From an uncultured Clostridia bacterium (GTDB lineage: Bacteria > Bacillota > Clostridia > Christensenellales > UBA1242), in contig CAMMFF010000006.1 in the NCBI GenBank assembly GCA_946496065.1, forward strand, positions 3,216 to 67,215: 64,000 nucleotides of DNA. The letters are read 5' to 3'. A model generated the notes under the pieces. It had not been told where the DNA came from, ran no database searches, and saw nothing but the letters and a program-made list of their open reading frames with translations. The stretch's first letter is position 1; every line of letters starts with the position of its first letter. The position numbers were made by a program, and so were the translations under genes. Shown piece by piece: positions 40,943 through 50,913 of the stretch.

Positions 40943-41905
40943 TTAGATAGCAAAAATCCAGAAAGCAATCAAGATATATGGTGCCATAAAGATGTAAGAG
41001 TCAATTCTGTCCAAGATTCCACCTTGTCCAGGCAAAATTTTTCCACTGTCCTTAACTCCCGCTCTTCTTTTGATTACAGACTCAAACAAATCTCCACATT
41101 GTGCAACAACAGAGCCAACAAGCACAATGATTAAATATGCCCATATTGGGAAGATTTCCATAAATGGAGCAAATGATTCAACGCAACCGAAAATAAGATA
41201 AACACAAGCGCCAAAAAGAACTGTCCACAAAACACCGCCCACTGCGCCAGAAACTGTCTTTCCTGGGCTTACTTTTGGACACAATTTCTTTCCACCAATG
41301 ACAGAACCTGTGAGCATTGCAAAAGTGTCTGTAAACATTGGAATTGTTATTGCAGTAATCAAAACAAACAATGAAACATTTGAAGTGATGTCTTCAAGTC
41401 TAGACAAAGGCATGTCCATAAAGTGGTTTAGGAAAATGAAAAGCAAGAACAAAAATGCAGGATAAACAAAAGTGATGAGTGTGTTAAGAGCTTTCTTGAA
41501 TGCAAATTTTCTAACTGACATATTTGTGATATTTCTTATGGACATTTCATTCAAAAGTGCCTTCTTTCTGCAAAGTCCAACCAAAAATGCAAGAAGTGAC
41601 ACAACAAGCATAAGACCAACATCAATCAAAAGTGTGTAAAGAACCCAGAAAAAGTTTTCTGTTGCACCCGCATAGAAAACACCAACCAAATTTGCTGCAA
41701 GCAAAAGCGATGGGAAAAATATCGCCAAAACTTGATAGTTATAAAGACCAGTTTTGCTCAACAGTTTTGACATCTCATAACTTGCTATGCAGGCTATAAT
41801 TGCAAAAAAGGCATCAAAGAAATAATCGCTAACATAAATTTTTAACACAAACAAAAGCACTAAAACCAGCACAATTGCAATCGATGTATAAATTCGTTTT
41901 TTCAT
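40943..41905 (-). CDS. cdsA: Phosphatidate cytidylyltransferase
   Basis: DTFA, SPGKT.SG, GDLFES..KR...VKDSG...PG.GG.LDR.DS. Confidence 0.93.
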   Translation of the reverse strand: MKKRIYTSIAIVLVLVLLFVLKIYVSDYFFDAFFAIIACIASYEMSKLLSKTGLYNYQVLAIFFPSLLLAANLVGVFYAGATENFFWVLYTLLIDVGLMLVVSLLAFLVGLCRKKALLNEMSIRNITNMSVRKFAFKKALNTLITFVYPAFLFLLFIFLNHFMDMPLSRLEDITSNVSLFVLITAITIPMFTDTFAMLTGSVIGGKKLCPKVSPGKTVSGAVGGVLWTVLFGACVYLIFGCVESFAPFMEIFPIWAYLIIVLVGSVVAQCGDLFESVIKRRAGVKDSGKILPGQGGILDRIDSYIFMAPYILIAFWIFAI

Positions 41906-42618
41906 TACTTTCCTCCAAATCTTCTGTTTCTCTTTGAAAATTCTTCAAGTGCTTTATATAATTCTTTCTTACCAAAATCAGGCCAACAAGTTTTTGTGAA
42001 ATAAAGTTCGCTGTATGCCATTTGAAACAGCATAAAATTTGAAACTCTCATTTCACCGCTTGTTCTGACAAGAAGATCAATGTCTGGAGAAGGTGCAGAA
42101 TATAGATTTTCTTTCAAATTTTCAACAGTAATTTTCTTCTCGCCCTTTTCAATAAGACTGTTCACTGCATGAACAATGTCATCTCTGCCACCATAATTCA
42201 TGGCAAGATTAACAACAAGTCCGGTGTTGTTTTTGGTTTTTTCCATAGCCTCAGTCAAGATATTTCTCAATTTTTCAGGAAACCTTGACAGCTCGCCCAT
42301 TGCGACAAACTTGATGTTTTTATCTTCAAAATTGTCTTGATTTTTCTCAACAAGGTTGTATGCAACTTCAAAAATGTAATCAATTTCCTTTTTCTCTCTG
42401 TTCCAATTTTCAGTTGAAAAACCAAAAAAAGAAGCATATTTGATTTCTTTGATTTCAACAATTGAATTGATAATGTTTTTGAGTGCAACACCGCCCTGTT
42501 TATGTCCCATCATTTTGTTCAGTCCGCGTCTAACAGCCCAACGCCTGTTCCCGTCCATGATGAAAGCAATATGTGTCGGAATATTCTGAGACAATTTCTT
42601 TTTCTTAAACATAACCAC
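41905..42618 (-). CDS. uppS: Undecaprenyl diphosphate synthase
   Basis: HIAFIMDGNRRWA, FSTENW.R, NYGGR and RTSGE.R.SNF motifs. Confidence 0.97.
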   Translation of the reverse strand: MVMFKKKKLSQNIPTHIAFIMDGNRRWAVRRGLNKMMGHKQGGVALKNIINSIVEIKEIKYASFFGFSTENWNREKKEIDYIFEVAYNLVEKNQDNFEDKNIKFVAMGELSRFPEKLRNILTEAMEKTKNNTGLVVNLAMNYGGRDDIVHAVNSLIEKGEKKITVENLKENLYSAPSPDIDLLVRTSGEMRVSNFMLFQMAYSELYFTKTCWPDFGKKELYKALEEFSKRNRRFGGK

Positions 42619-42645
42619 CCTTAGAATTCAGTATTGTTCTTTTGC

Positions 42646-43212
42646 TTAAACTTTCATAACCTCTTCTTCTTTGTCTTCGGCAAGTTTGTCCGCCAAATCG
42701 GTATATTTGTCAATAAGTTTTTGAACTTCTTTTTCACTTGATGCATATTCGTCTTCTGAAAGTTCTCCGTCTTTCTTCATGCTTTTCAACATATCAAGAG
42801 CATCACGACGAACATTTCTCATGGCCACTTTGGTCTCTTCACAAATTTTCTTGACGTTCTTAACAATTTCTTTACGTCTTTCCTCAGTAAGCATAGGGAA
42901 AACAAGACGAATTGTCTTTCCATCATCAGTTGGAGTGATGCCAATATCTGACTGAGAAATTGCCTTTTCAACATTTTTAATTTGAGAAGCGTCCCAAACA
43001 TTGATATTCAAAATTCTTGCTTCAGAAACAGTAACCGTTCCCATTTGAACAATTGGAGTTGGCACCCCATAATATTCTACCATAATCTTATCCAAAATAT
43101 GTGGATTGGCTCTGCCCGCTCTAATAACAAGATATTCATTTTGTTGGTGTAAATATGCTTTTTCCAAATCTTCCTTGCAATTTGAAAAAATTTCATCAAC
43201 CATTTCGTTCAT
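42646..43212 (-). CDS. frr: Ribosome recycling factor
   Basis: IRAGRANP, V.YYG.PTP, LTEERR and RNVRRDA motifs; AAGGAG RBS before ATG 43212. Confidence 0.96.
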   Translation of the reverse strand: MNEMVDEIFSNCKEDLEKAYLHQQNEYLVIRAGRANPHILDKIMVEYYGVPTPIVQMGTVTVSEARILNINVWDASQIKNVEKAISQSDIGITPTDDGKTIRLVFPMLTEERRKEIVKNVKKICEETKVAMRNVRRDALDMLKSMKKDGELSEDEYASSEKEVQKLIDKYTDLADKLAEDKEEEVMKV

Positions 43213-43284
43213 AAATTCTCCTTTAATTTGTTTCCATTTTTTTGCAAAACGCAAACATTTGCACAACAAATAACAATTTTTCTG

Positions 43285-43522
43285 TTATAACTAGAATCCC
43301 AAACTTGCTTGCAAGAGTGAGTGCGACGTCGTTTCAATGCTTGTGTGAAGCGCGAACATCAGTGAGCATTGCGTAGCAAACAAAATGTGAAACATTTTCT
43401 TCCATTATAACTAGAAGCACGAACTTGCTCGCAAGAGTGAGTGCGACGTCGTTTCAATGCTTGTGTGAAATGCGAACTTCAGTGAGCATTGCGTAGCAAA
43501 TAAAATGTGAAACATTTTCTTC
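43285..43522. repeat. Two direct repeats, 120-bp period, GC-richer and hairpin-rich, in the frr leader
   Basis: 43285-43402 and 43405-43522 differ at about 8 positions by eye. Confidence 0.9.
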
Positions 43523-43530
43523 ACATAAGC

Positions 43531-43559
43531 ATTATAACTTAAACAAAAAGATTTTGCAA
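43531..43559 (-). promoter_or_regulatory. SigmaA promoter for frr-uppS-cdsA-rseP
   Basis: TTGCAA-17bp-TATAAT on the minus strand. Confidence 0.65.
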
Positions 43560-43622
43560 ATTATTTTATCTAATTACAAAAGAATATAAATATAAAAACA
43601 AAAAACGACTATAAAGCCGTTT

Positions 43623-45578
43623 TTATCTTTCAAAAGTAAACAAAGTTGTATTTTCACCAAAATCTAATTTGTTGACCTCTTCATCAAGCTTTCTTAATGG
43701 AGAAATCAAGTCGCCAACATTTTCAACAACTACACTATCCCCAAATAACTGTTGTTGTATGCTTGGTCTGGTATCAAAAGTTGTCCTGATTGTTTCATCA
43801 TAAGGTTTGACAATTTCCGATCTAAACAAATCAGTGATAGCTTCTTTGTCGTCAAAGCAAGAACTCAAATAGTCCATTGTTTTTTCAAAAAGTTGGTCAA
43901 CATTTGCATATTTCTTTCCAAGTTTAAATCTTTTTTGTTCATAAGTGTTTCTCAGAAGATTTAACATATCTTCAATTTTTTTGCTCGTTTCTTTTTCTGT
44001 ACTTGTAACATTAAAATGACACACATCTCTTCCTGCAATCAAGAATCTCTTATCATGCAATTCTTGAATATCGTTAGCAAGCGACAAAACATATTCCTTT
44101 TTTTCTTTTTTTGAAATATAATCATCTTTCAAAATCTTTGGCAAATATCTAATCGTCTGTCCTGTTTTTCTAATGGCTTGTCTCAAAGATTTTTCTCCAT
44201 TGCTTATTCTTGTTTCTCTTGCTTTTATCAAATCTTCAATTTCAAACTCAGCTTCAAATTTTCCATCAAAGAAAATTTCTATAAATTTATGCAAACATTC
44301 TTTGTCGGACATATCTTCAACATCAATATCATGCATAACAATGTTGTTTTTCAACTTGTCAACAATAGCCTTAATATTGAAGTCGATGTTGCTTGCAAAC
44401 AAAGTTTTTCCAAACTCAAAAAATTTATCAAAATATTTTTCTTCTGGGGTCTCTGCATCCAATCTTTCAATTTCGCTTAAAAGAAGTGTAAAATGAGAAG
44501 ATTCCATTCCAATCATATAAGGATTCGAAGCCAAATATTTCATGATATCCGCCTGAGATTTTTTGCTCTTTACTTCCAAGGTTTTAATGTTTTTTATGGC
44601 ATTTCTTTCTATTTTGCTGTAAGGAATCTGATTCAAAATGGAAAGATTGATTGGTTCCTGAAAATAATTACTAAATTGTTCACTGTATGTTGGTGAAGTG
44701 AATTGGGCAACAACATTAATCAAATATTTTTCTTTCTTATACATATTTTGAGAATTAATAACAAGCAATGTTGAATTGTTTTTTAACCATTTTCTCAACA
44801 TGATTGTTCTATATTCCAAAAATGTTAAATTTGGATTTTCTTTTGAAACTTCTTTATATGCACTATCTAATTTGCGAGCCATTTTTCTTTGAATATAGTC
44901 AAAAGCATCTTGAATTCTGTCCGTTGACGTAACAAACAAAGAAGGATTAATTTTCAAAATATCAACAATTTCTTGTCTTTTAAATACACGATAACCTGAA
45001 TAATTATCATAGACTGTCAATTCTTGCATTTTATTGAAAATGTGTGGAAATTTGTATGCATACCCCTTTGCAATCAAAGATGAACACTTTTCAAAAATTT
45101 CTTTTGCTTCTTGAGTTGTCAAATCCAATGTTGTAACCAAACTGTCATAAATATTATCAAAATCACGAGTTGTATCGTAGTATTTTACAAAAGTTTCACT
45201 GTCTCTTTTCAAATTCCCATCTGTCAAAACTGTGTTATATAGAATTTTATATGTATTAATTCCTTTTGAAGAAGTTTGGTAGAAAAGCACATTGAGTCTG
45301 TCTCTCATATCCTCCAAACTCTCTTTATCAGAGAATTGTGAATAATCCAGTTTCGAGAAAAACACCTTTCCAACCTTTCTTTTCAATTTTTCATCTGCTT
45401 CATCAAGGAACTTGTCTAAATATGGATAAATTGTCTCCAACATGATAAACAACCTTCTCTTATCTTCTGTTTTCTTGAATTTATCATGTATCATCTTCTC
45501 TGTTTCAACTTCCGATAAAGCAAAATATTTTTTTACATCATCGAAGAATTTTTCTCTTTTTTCTTCTATAACCATCAT
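43623..45578 (-). CDS. 651-aa helical orphan protein with mTERF-like repeats
   Basis: Long ORF; own TTGACA-17-TATAAT promoter (45595-45623), GGGGG RBS and terminator (43601-43623); repeats such as EIVDILKINPSLFVTSTDRI. Confidence 0.6.
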   Translation of the reverse strand: MMVIEEKREKFFDDVKKYFALSEVETEKMIHDKFKKTEDKRRLFIMLETIYPYLDKFLDEADEKLKRKVGKVFFSKLDYSQFSDKESLEDMRDRLNVLFYQTSSKGINTYKILYNTVLTDGNLKRDSETFVKYYDTTRDFDNIYDSLVTTLDLTTQEAKEIFEKCSSLIAKGYAYKFPHIFNKMQELTVYDNYSGYRVFKRQEIVDILKINPSLFVTSTDRIQDAFDYIQRKMARKLDSAYKEVSKENPNLTFLEYRTIMLRKWLKNNSTLLVINSQNMYKKEKYLINVVAQFTSPTYSEQFSNYFQEPINLSILNQIPYSKIERNAIKNIKTLEVKSKKSQADIMKYLASNPYMIGMESSHFTLLLSEIERLDAETPEEKYFDKFFEFGKTLFASNIDFNIKAIVDKLKNNIVMHDIDVEDMSDKECLHKFIEIFFDGKFEAEFEIEDLIKARETRISNGEKSLRQAIRKTGQTIRYLPKILKDDYISKKEKKEYVLSLANDIQELHDKRFLIAGRDVCHFNVTSTEKETSKKIEDMLNLLRNTYEQKRFKLGKKYANVDQLFEKTMDYLSSCFDDKEAITDLFRSEIVKPYDETIRTTFDTRPSIQQQLFGDSVVVENVGDLISPLRKLDEEVNKLDFGENTTLFTFER

Positions 45579-45700
45579 ATCCCCCTACGATTTCATTATA
45601 ACTTGGAAGCACGGTTTTGTCAATATGTAAAATTTTTAAAATTCGACATAAATAATCAAATTCATAAAACAAACACAAGACATTCCTTCAAAGGTAAATA

Positions 45701-45727
45701 AAAAAGACGCCAATTTTTGACGCCTTT
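45701..45727 (-). terminator. Intrinsic terminator after tsf
   Basis: GGCGTCAA-AAA-TTGGCGTC-TTTTT on the minus strand. Confidence 0.7.
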
Positions 45728-45731
45728 AAAA

Positions 45732-46391
45732 TTATTTTCCTGCCATTTGTTTTGCAACTTCTTCAGCCAAGTTGTCATTTCTTTTTTCCATTCCTTCACC
45801 AAGTTCATAACGAACAAATCTACGGATAGAAATTTTTTCTCCAATCTTAAGAGTTGCCTCAGTCAAAAGGTCCTTGATTGTAAGGTCAGGATTTTTTACG
45901 AAATGTTGGTTCATAAGACAAACGTCTTCATAAAATTTCTTAACTCTTCCTTCAACCATTTTTTCAATGATTGCTTCAGGTTTCCCTTCGTTCTTTGCTT
46001 GCGCTCTCAAAATTTCTTTTTCTTTTTCAAGTTCGGTTGGATCAACATCAGCTTCTGCAACATACTTAGGATTTGCAGCTGCAATATGCATTGCAATGTC
46101 TTTAACCAATGTTTGGAAATCGTCACTCTTTGCAACGAAGTCTGTTTCACAGTTAACTTCAACCAAAACACCAATTCTTCCGCCCATGTGAATGTAAGAA
46201 GCAACCAAACCTTCAGAAGCAATTCTTCCTTGTTTTTTGTCAACAGCCTTAAGTCCTCTTTCTCTCAAAAGAACAATAGCTTTTTCAAAATCTCCATTTG
46301 CATCTGTAAGTGCTTTTTTGCATTCCATCATGCCAACGCCTGTTTGTGCTCTAAGACGAGCAACATCTTGTGCAGTAAAACTCATAATCAT
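45732..46391 (-). CDS. tsf: Elongation factor Ts, short form (start may be ATG 46385)
   Basis: [23 protein letters not shown] and RFVR.ELGEG motifs. Confidence 0.97.
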   Translation of the reverse strand: MIMSFTAQDVARLRAQTGVGMMECKKALTDANGDFEKAIVLLRERGLKAVDKKQGRIASEGLVASYIHMGGRIGVLVEVNCETDFVAKSDDFQTLVKDIAMHIAAANPKYVAEADVDPTELEKEKEILRAQAKNEGKPEAIIEKMVEGRVKKFYEDVCLMNQHFVKNPDLTIKDLLTEATLKIGEKISIRRFVRYELGEGMEKRNDNLAEEVAKQMAGK

Positions 46392-46414
46392 AATCTCCTT
46401 TCAAAAAATAAATT

Positions 46415-47320
46415 TTATTCAGAAACTGTTTCTTCTTTTTTTGCTTCTGTTTCAGTTTTTTCTGATTTTTCTTCTGTCTTTTCTTTCTTTACAGGAGCTT
46501 TTTTCTTTGGTTTTCTTGCAGGTTTCTTAACTTCTTCTCCTGCTTCTGCATCAGCAACACTTGGTTTTGCTTGTTCAAGCAAACTTTCAAGGTCAACTTC
46601 TTCTTCAGCATTTTCTTCGTCGTCTTTCTTCATTGAAACGCCTTCTCTTGCTTCAATGACAGCATCAGCGATTGCGCCAGCAATGAGTTTAACTGAACGA
46701 ATTGCATCGTCGTTTCCTGGGATTACAACATCAACGCCTGATGGATCACAGTTTGTGTCAACCAAACTTACAACAGGAATGTTCAAGATGTTTGCTTCAT
46801 GAACACAGATTTTTTCATTTGTTGGGTCAACAACAAACAAAACTCCAGGAAGTTCTCTCATATCCTTGATTCCGCCAAGGTTCTTTTCAAGTTTGTCTCT
46901 TTCTTGTTTAAGAAGAGTAACTTCTTTCTTTGGAAGAAGTTCAAATTCTCCAACTTTTTCCATTTGATTGAGTTTGTTGAGTCTCTCAATTCTGTTTCTG
47001 ATTGTCTTGAAGTTTGTTAAAGTTCCTCCAAGCCAACGAGTGTTGATGTAGAACATTCCACATCTTTCGGCTTCTTCTTTGATTGCTTCTTGAGCTTGTT
47101 TCTTTGTTCCAACAAAAAGAACGCTTTTTCCGCTTGCAACAACATCACGAACAAAACTGTAAGCCTTGTCAACTTGTTCTGATGTTACTTCCAAATTGAT
47201 GATATGAATGTCATTTCTAGCGGTAAAAATGTATTCTTTCATCTTTGGATTCCACTTTCTAGATTGGTGACCAAAATGAACACCAGCCTCCAAAAGTTGT
47301 TTCATTGAAATAACTGACAT
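46415..47320 (-). CDS. rpsB: 30S ribosomal protein S2 with charged C-terminal tail
   Basis: [26 protein letters not shown] and PGNDDAIR motifs. Confidence 0.98.
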   Translation of the reverse strand: MSVISMKQLLEAGVHFGHQSRKWNPKMKEYIFTARNDIHIINLEVTSEQVDKAYSFVRDVVASGKSVLFVGTKKQAQEAIKEEAERCGMFYINTRWLGGTLTNFKTIRNRIERLNKLNQMEKVGEFELLPKKEVTLLKQERDKLEKNLGGIKDMRELPGVLFVVDPTNEKICVHEANILNIPVVSLVDTNCDPSGVDVVIPGNDDAIRSVKLIAGAIADAVIEAREGVSMKKDDEENAEEEVDLESLLEQAKPSVADAEAGEEVKKPARKPKKKAPVKKEKTEEKSEKTETEAKKEETVSE

Positions 47321-47339
47321 AAATTTTTCCCTCCTTGTT

Positions 47340-47495
47340 TTTTGTCTTCCCCAAAGTTTTAACTCTCAAAATCAACCCAAAAATGAAAACATTTTTTTGC
47401 AAGTGAACGAATTCAAAAAAAAATAAAAATTACGATTGTTCACAAGCGTTCAGGCAACGGATTTTGAAATGCCCTTTGAGTGTTAATTTGTCCAA
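47340..47495 (-). promoter_or_regulatory. Putative S2 autoregulatory leader
   Basis: Long UTR after TTGCAA..TGcTATACT promoter; nested stems CAAAG/CTTTG, TTTCAAAATC/GATTTTGAGA and GTGAAC/GTTCAC. Confidence 0.5.
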
Positions 47496-47598
47496 TGACT
47501 TTGGCAGTATAGCACAAAAAAAAATAAATTGCAAGCATTTTGACTTTATTTAGCAAAATATTTTTAAATCAAACAACAATTCTCCATTTTATTATGTA

Positions 47599-48057
47599 TT
47601 ACTTATGGTAACTTTTCCCACTTTCAATCATAAAACCACGGTAGATTTGTTCCAAAAGCATAATTCTGAACAAATTGTGAGGAAATGTCATTAAAGAAAA
47701 GGAAATTCTTTCATCACACCTGCTTCTGACACTCTGACTAACACCATAAGAACCGCCAATCACAAAACTGAGTGTGGATGTTTTCAAAGAAAGGTCCTTC
47801 AACTTCTTTGCAAACTTTTCACTGCCAATTTCAGTGCTGTTTATGTCACACAGAATGGAATAGCCTTTGAGTTTCTTCAAAATCTCTTCTCCTTCTTTTT
47901 CCAATATCATCTCAGGATTTGAAAGTTGATTCTGTTCTTTGACTTCAATGATGTTCAACTTGCAGAAAGCGGAAAGTCTTTTGCAATATTCTTCTTGATA
48001 TTCTTTGGAAAATTTTTCTTTCATGTTTCCCACACAAACAATGTTAATCGTCATCAT
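47599..48057 (-). CDS. rlmH: 23S rRNA pseudouridine1915 N3-methyltransferase
   Basis: I.CVG..KE, FVIGGS.G, SFS.MTFPH..R..LLEQIYR and YHK motifs. Confidence 0.95.
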   Translation of the reverse strand: MMTINIVCVGNMKEKFSKEYQEEYCKRLSAFCKLNIIEVKEQNQLSNPEMILEKEGEEILKKLKGYSILCDINSTEIGSEKFAKKLKDLSLKTSTLSFVIGGSYGVSQSVRSRCDERISFSLMTFPHNLFRIMLLEQIYRGFMIESGKSYHK

Positions 48058-49226
48058 AACAACCCCCAAATGAATGTCATGATTGTGACAATGGCAGACA
48101 GAGCAATCGCACCATAGAGAAAGATTTTGCTTTTGACTGCTGTTTTGTCTTGTGACACTTGTTCTTTCGTTTCAATTTTATCGACTTCTTTGAAAATGTT
48201 TTTCATGTTCTTATCGACAAAATCCATAAAATCTTTCAAATCAATATAGATGACATGCTTATTCTCACAGTCAACCTCATTCAAATTTGTTGACTGTTGA
48301 TTTTTTATGTTCTCAACATCATTGAAATATGTTTGGCGAATGAACATTGAAGTAAGTTGTTTTTGTTTTGCAACAAAATTGTAATTGAACGAATCCTTAA
48401 TCAAAAATTTTGTTGCCTCAATCGCAAGCATCACAAGCAGGCAGAGAAAAAGGACAAACATAACCAAACCAAGCACAGAATTTTCGGTCAAGAATTCTGA
48501 GATGTATGAGAAAAGATTGCCAATCGCCCACCCCTTTGCTCTGGCAAATGAAAGAAAGACACTTATTGCGTTGTTCATGAAATGGACAATGATGCATGGA
48601 TAGATTGAACTTGTGCACCAACAAATATAGCCCAAAAACAAGCCAATTATTGTTGCATAGAAAAACTGCTCAATGTTCAAATGCAAAAGACCAAACAACA
48701 ACCCAGAAATGAGAATACTCTTTTTCATTCCAAGGTTTGAATTCCCTTTCAAAAGCATTCCACGATGCAAAGTTTCTTCACAGATTGCTGGCAAAATTGC
48801 TGTGCAAAGAAGGTTCAACAGAAAAACCCACCAAGTCGCCGGCAAAGAAGTGGTTGATGTTGATGGTTTATATCCAAAAAGTTGAATCAACGAATTGAAA
48901 AAACTTGACACATACACATTCAAAAAGAAGACAATGACACCTAGTGCAACGGCAACAAGGACGGATTTGAAGGATATATTTTTGTAACTGAAAAATTTGA
49001 AAGTTTCTTTTGTCTTTGCCTTGTTAAGCCATTTAAACAACAAAAATGGTAACAAAAAAAGCAAGCCAACTTGTGTTACGATGCTGATGATGTAAGAACC
49101 ATAAACACCAATTTGAGAAGCAAAAACAGAACACAAAATTCTGATGACAATAAACCCTACAACGACAATAAAATAAATTAGATTAGTATAAAAATTTACC
49201 TTATAAATTTTCCTGTTCTCGACCAT
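48054..49226 (-). CDS. CPBP (Abi/CAAX) intramembrane metalloprotease
   Basis: PAICEE..HRG, FGLLH and HFMNN motifs. Confidence 0.88.
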   Translation of the reverse strand: MVENRKIYKVNFYTNLIYFIVVVGFIVIRILCSVFASQIGVYGSYIISIVTQVGLLFLLPFLLFKWLNKAKTKETFKFFSYKNISFKSVLVAVALGVIVFFLNVYVSSFFNSLIQLFGYKPSTSTTSLPATWWVFLLNLLCTAILPAICEETLHRGMLLKGNSNLGMKKSILISGLLFGLLHLNIEQFFYATIIGLFLGYICWCTSSIYPCIIVHFMNNAISVFLSFARAKGWAIGNLFSYISEFLTENSVLGLVMFVLFLCLLVMLAIEATKFLIKDSFNYNFVAKQKQLTSMFIRQTYFNDVENIKNQQSTNLNEVDCENKHVIYIDLKDFMDFVDKNMKNIFKEVDKIETKEQVSQDKTAVKSKIFLYGAIALSAIVTIMTFIWGLL

Positions 49227-49310
49227 AGTTTCTCCAAAATTAATATACTCTCTAAACCTTATATTTATAACATTGAAATAACTTCAAAATTTTTCAATGA
49301 CTGACAAAAG

Positions 49311-50321
49311 TCACACTAAATTTAAGACAATGACAATGACTGCAAAAACAATTCCACACAAAATTGTCACAGGAAGTTTTCCAACACTGAGTGCTGGTGT
49401 TTGAGTCACTTCTCCTGTTTTTCCCACTTCAATAACCTTGTGCTTTCTCAAATAATATTTGTCCAAAAGCCAGAAAACAACACAAGTAAGTCCAGCCAAG
49501 AAAATTGCAAGCAAAACAAACCACCAAGTTATGTTGAAAGACAAATCAATTGCATTGATGTTTACCAAAAAACTTATCGTGATTGTTGTGAAATTGTTAA
49601 AGAAGTGAATAATCATCGGATAGAGCAAATTGTTTGTTCTGTCCATAACAACAGCAAGCACACAGCCCAAAATGAATGGATAGATGAGTTGCACAATGTT
49701 TTGATGCATTAAAGCAAAGAGCAATGCACTCAAAAGCACACTCCCAACCTTTGAAAATCTTTCTTTGAGTCCCTGGAAGATCATGCCCCTGAAAATCAAC
49801 TCTTCACAAATTGCAGGAACAACTGCCAAAATCAAAAGATTGAGAAAATACCAACCAACGTTGTCAAGTGGAAGAGAAACCGAACTTGTTTCAATACCCA
49901 TGGCCGTAAACATCGCAACAAAACAGCCTTCAATCAACCAAATAAAACCGATGACACTGACTATTCCGGCAACGGCTGAAAGCAAACAAGTCCAAACATT
50001 TGTTTTCTTAAATGAAATGTTGCAAGCACTGTTTTTGATTCGATTTGTCTTGTTATAGCAGAAAAATAAACATATGAAAACTATTTCAGTCAGAAGCATG
50101 GACAAAATGAGGAACCAAAGTTGTCCATACATAACTTCACTCATATCTTGCCCTTCGAATGAAACCCCTGTCCCCACCATGATTGCATAACTTACATAGG
50201 TGAAGACAAAGGCAATTGCAAATGGCAAAAGAAGTGCATAAAGGAACACCTTCCCAGAGTCTTTGGTGGTGTAGAAATTTCTTTTTTCAAATTGTTTTCT
50301 AAGTTCTTTCGTGTTTTCCAT
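49311..50321 (-). CDS. CPBP (Abi/CAAX) intramembrane metalloprotease
   Basis: PAICEELIFRG, FALMH and HFFNN motifs. Confidence 0.9.
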   Translation of the reverse strand: MENTKELRKQFEKRNFYTTKDSGKVFLYALLLPFAIAFVFTYVSYAIMVGTGVSFEGQDMSEVMYGQLWFLILSMLLTEIVFICLFFCYNKTNRIKNSACNISFKKTNVWTCLLSAVAGIVSVIGFIWLIEGCFVAMFTAMGIETSSVSLPLDNVGWYFLNLLILAVVPAICEELIFRGMIFQGLKERFSKVGSVLLSALLFALMHQNIVQLIYPFILGCVLAVVMDRTNNLLYPMIIHFFNNFTTITISFLVNINAIDLSFNITWWFVLLAIFLAGLTCVVFWLLDKYYLRKHKVIEVGKTGEVTQTPALSVGKLPVTILCGIVFAVIVIVLNLV

Positions 50322-50402
50322 ATCACAAATGATAACACACTAAAAACAAAAAAACAAATAAATCTGCTAGACAAACCACAAATTTATTGATAAAATCAAA
50401 TT

Positions 50403-50852
50403 ATGGAAAATTACATGGAAACAGCAATCAAAGAAGCAAAGATTGCCTTGAAAAAAGAAGAAGTCCCAATTGGAGCAGTGATAGTCAAAGACGGAAAAAT
50501 CATTGCAAAAGGACATAACCAAAGAGAAAAAAAGAAAAATTCTCTAATGCATGCAGAGATGATTGCCATTTCAAAGGCTTGCAAAAAGTTGCATGATTGG
50601 CGTCTTGAAAACTGCACAATGTATGTCACACTTGAGCCCTGCCCAATGTGTGCCGGTGCGATTACTAACTCTCGCATAGAAAAAGTTGTCTATGGTGCAA
50701 AAGACAAAACATCAGAAGATGGTTTGTTTGAAAAAATTTTGACCAGCAACCGCCTTAACCACAAAACTGAATTTTTGCAAGACACTGAAAACGAACAAGA
50801 ATGTTCAAAACTGTTGACAGAATTTTTTAAAAATAGAAGAAACAAAAAATAG
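50403..50852 (+). CDS. tadA: tRNA adenosine deaminase
   Basis: EVPIGAV, HAE, TLEPCPMCAGA, C-terminal FF..RR. Confidence 0.93.
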   Translation: MENYMETAIKEAKIALKKEEVPIGAVIVKDGKIIAKGHNQREKKKNSLMHAEMIAISKACKKLHDWRLENCTMYVTLEPCPMCAGAITNSRIEKVVYGAKDKTSEDGLFEKILTSNRLNHKTEFLQDTENEQECSKLLTEFFKNRRNKK

Positions 50853-50913
50853 CTATAAATCTTGATTTTTAAATTTCAGTGTGATATATTTTAAGCAAAA
50901 AAAGGAGAAGGAT

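Noticed and set aside
43285-43522. Possible CRISPR array
   Set aside because: Two near-identical 120-bp units with no unique spacers and no cas genes.
45642-45648. Spo0A-type box upstream of the mTERF-like gene promoter
   Set aside because: A single 7-mer that also occurs at unrelated positions; not enough evidence alone.
45732-46391. Short EF-Ts suspected of truncation
   Set aside because: A short EF-Ts form is established in many bacteria, including Clostridia; both termini are intact.
45717-46802. 361-aa antisense ORF over tsf and rpsB
   Set aside because: Phe/Ser-rich mirror of Lys/Glu-rich highly expressed genes; no independent signals.
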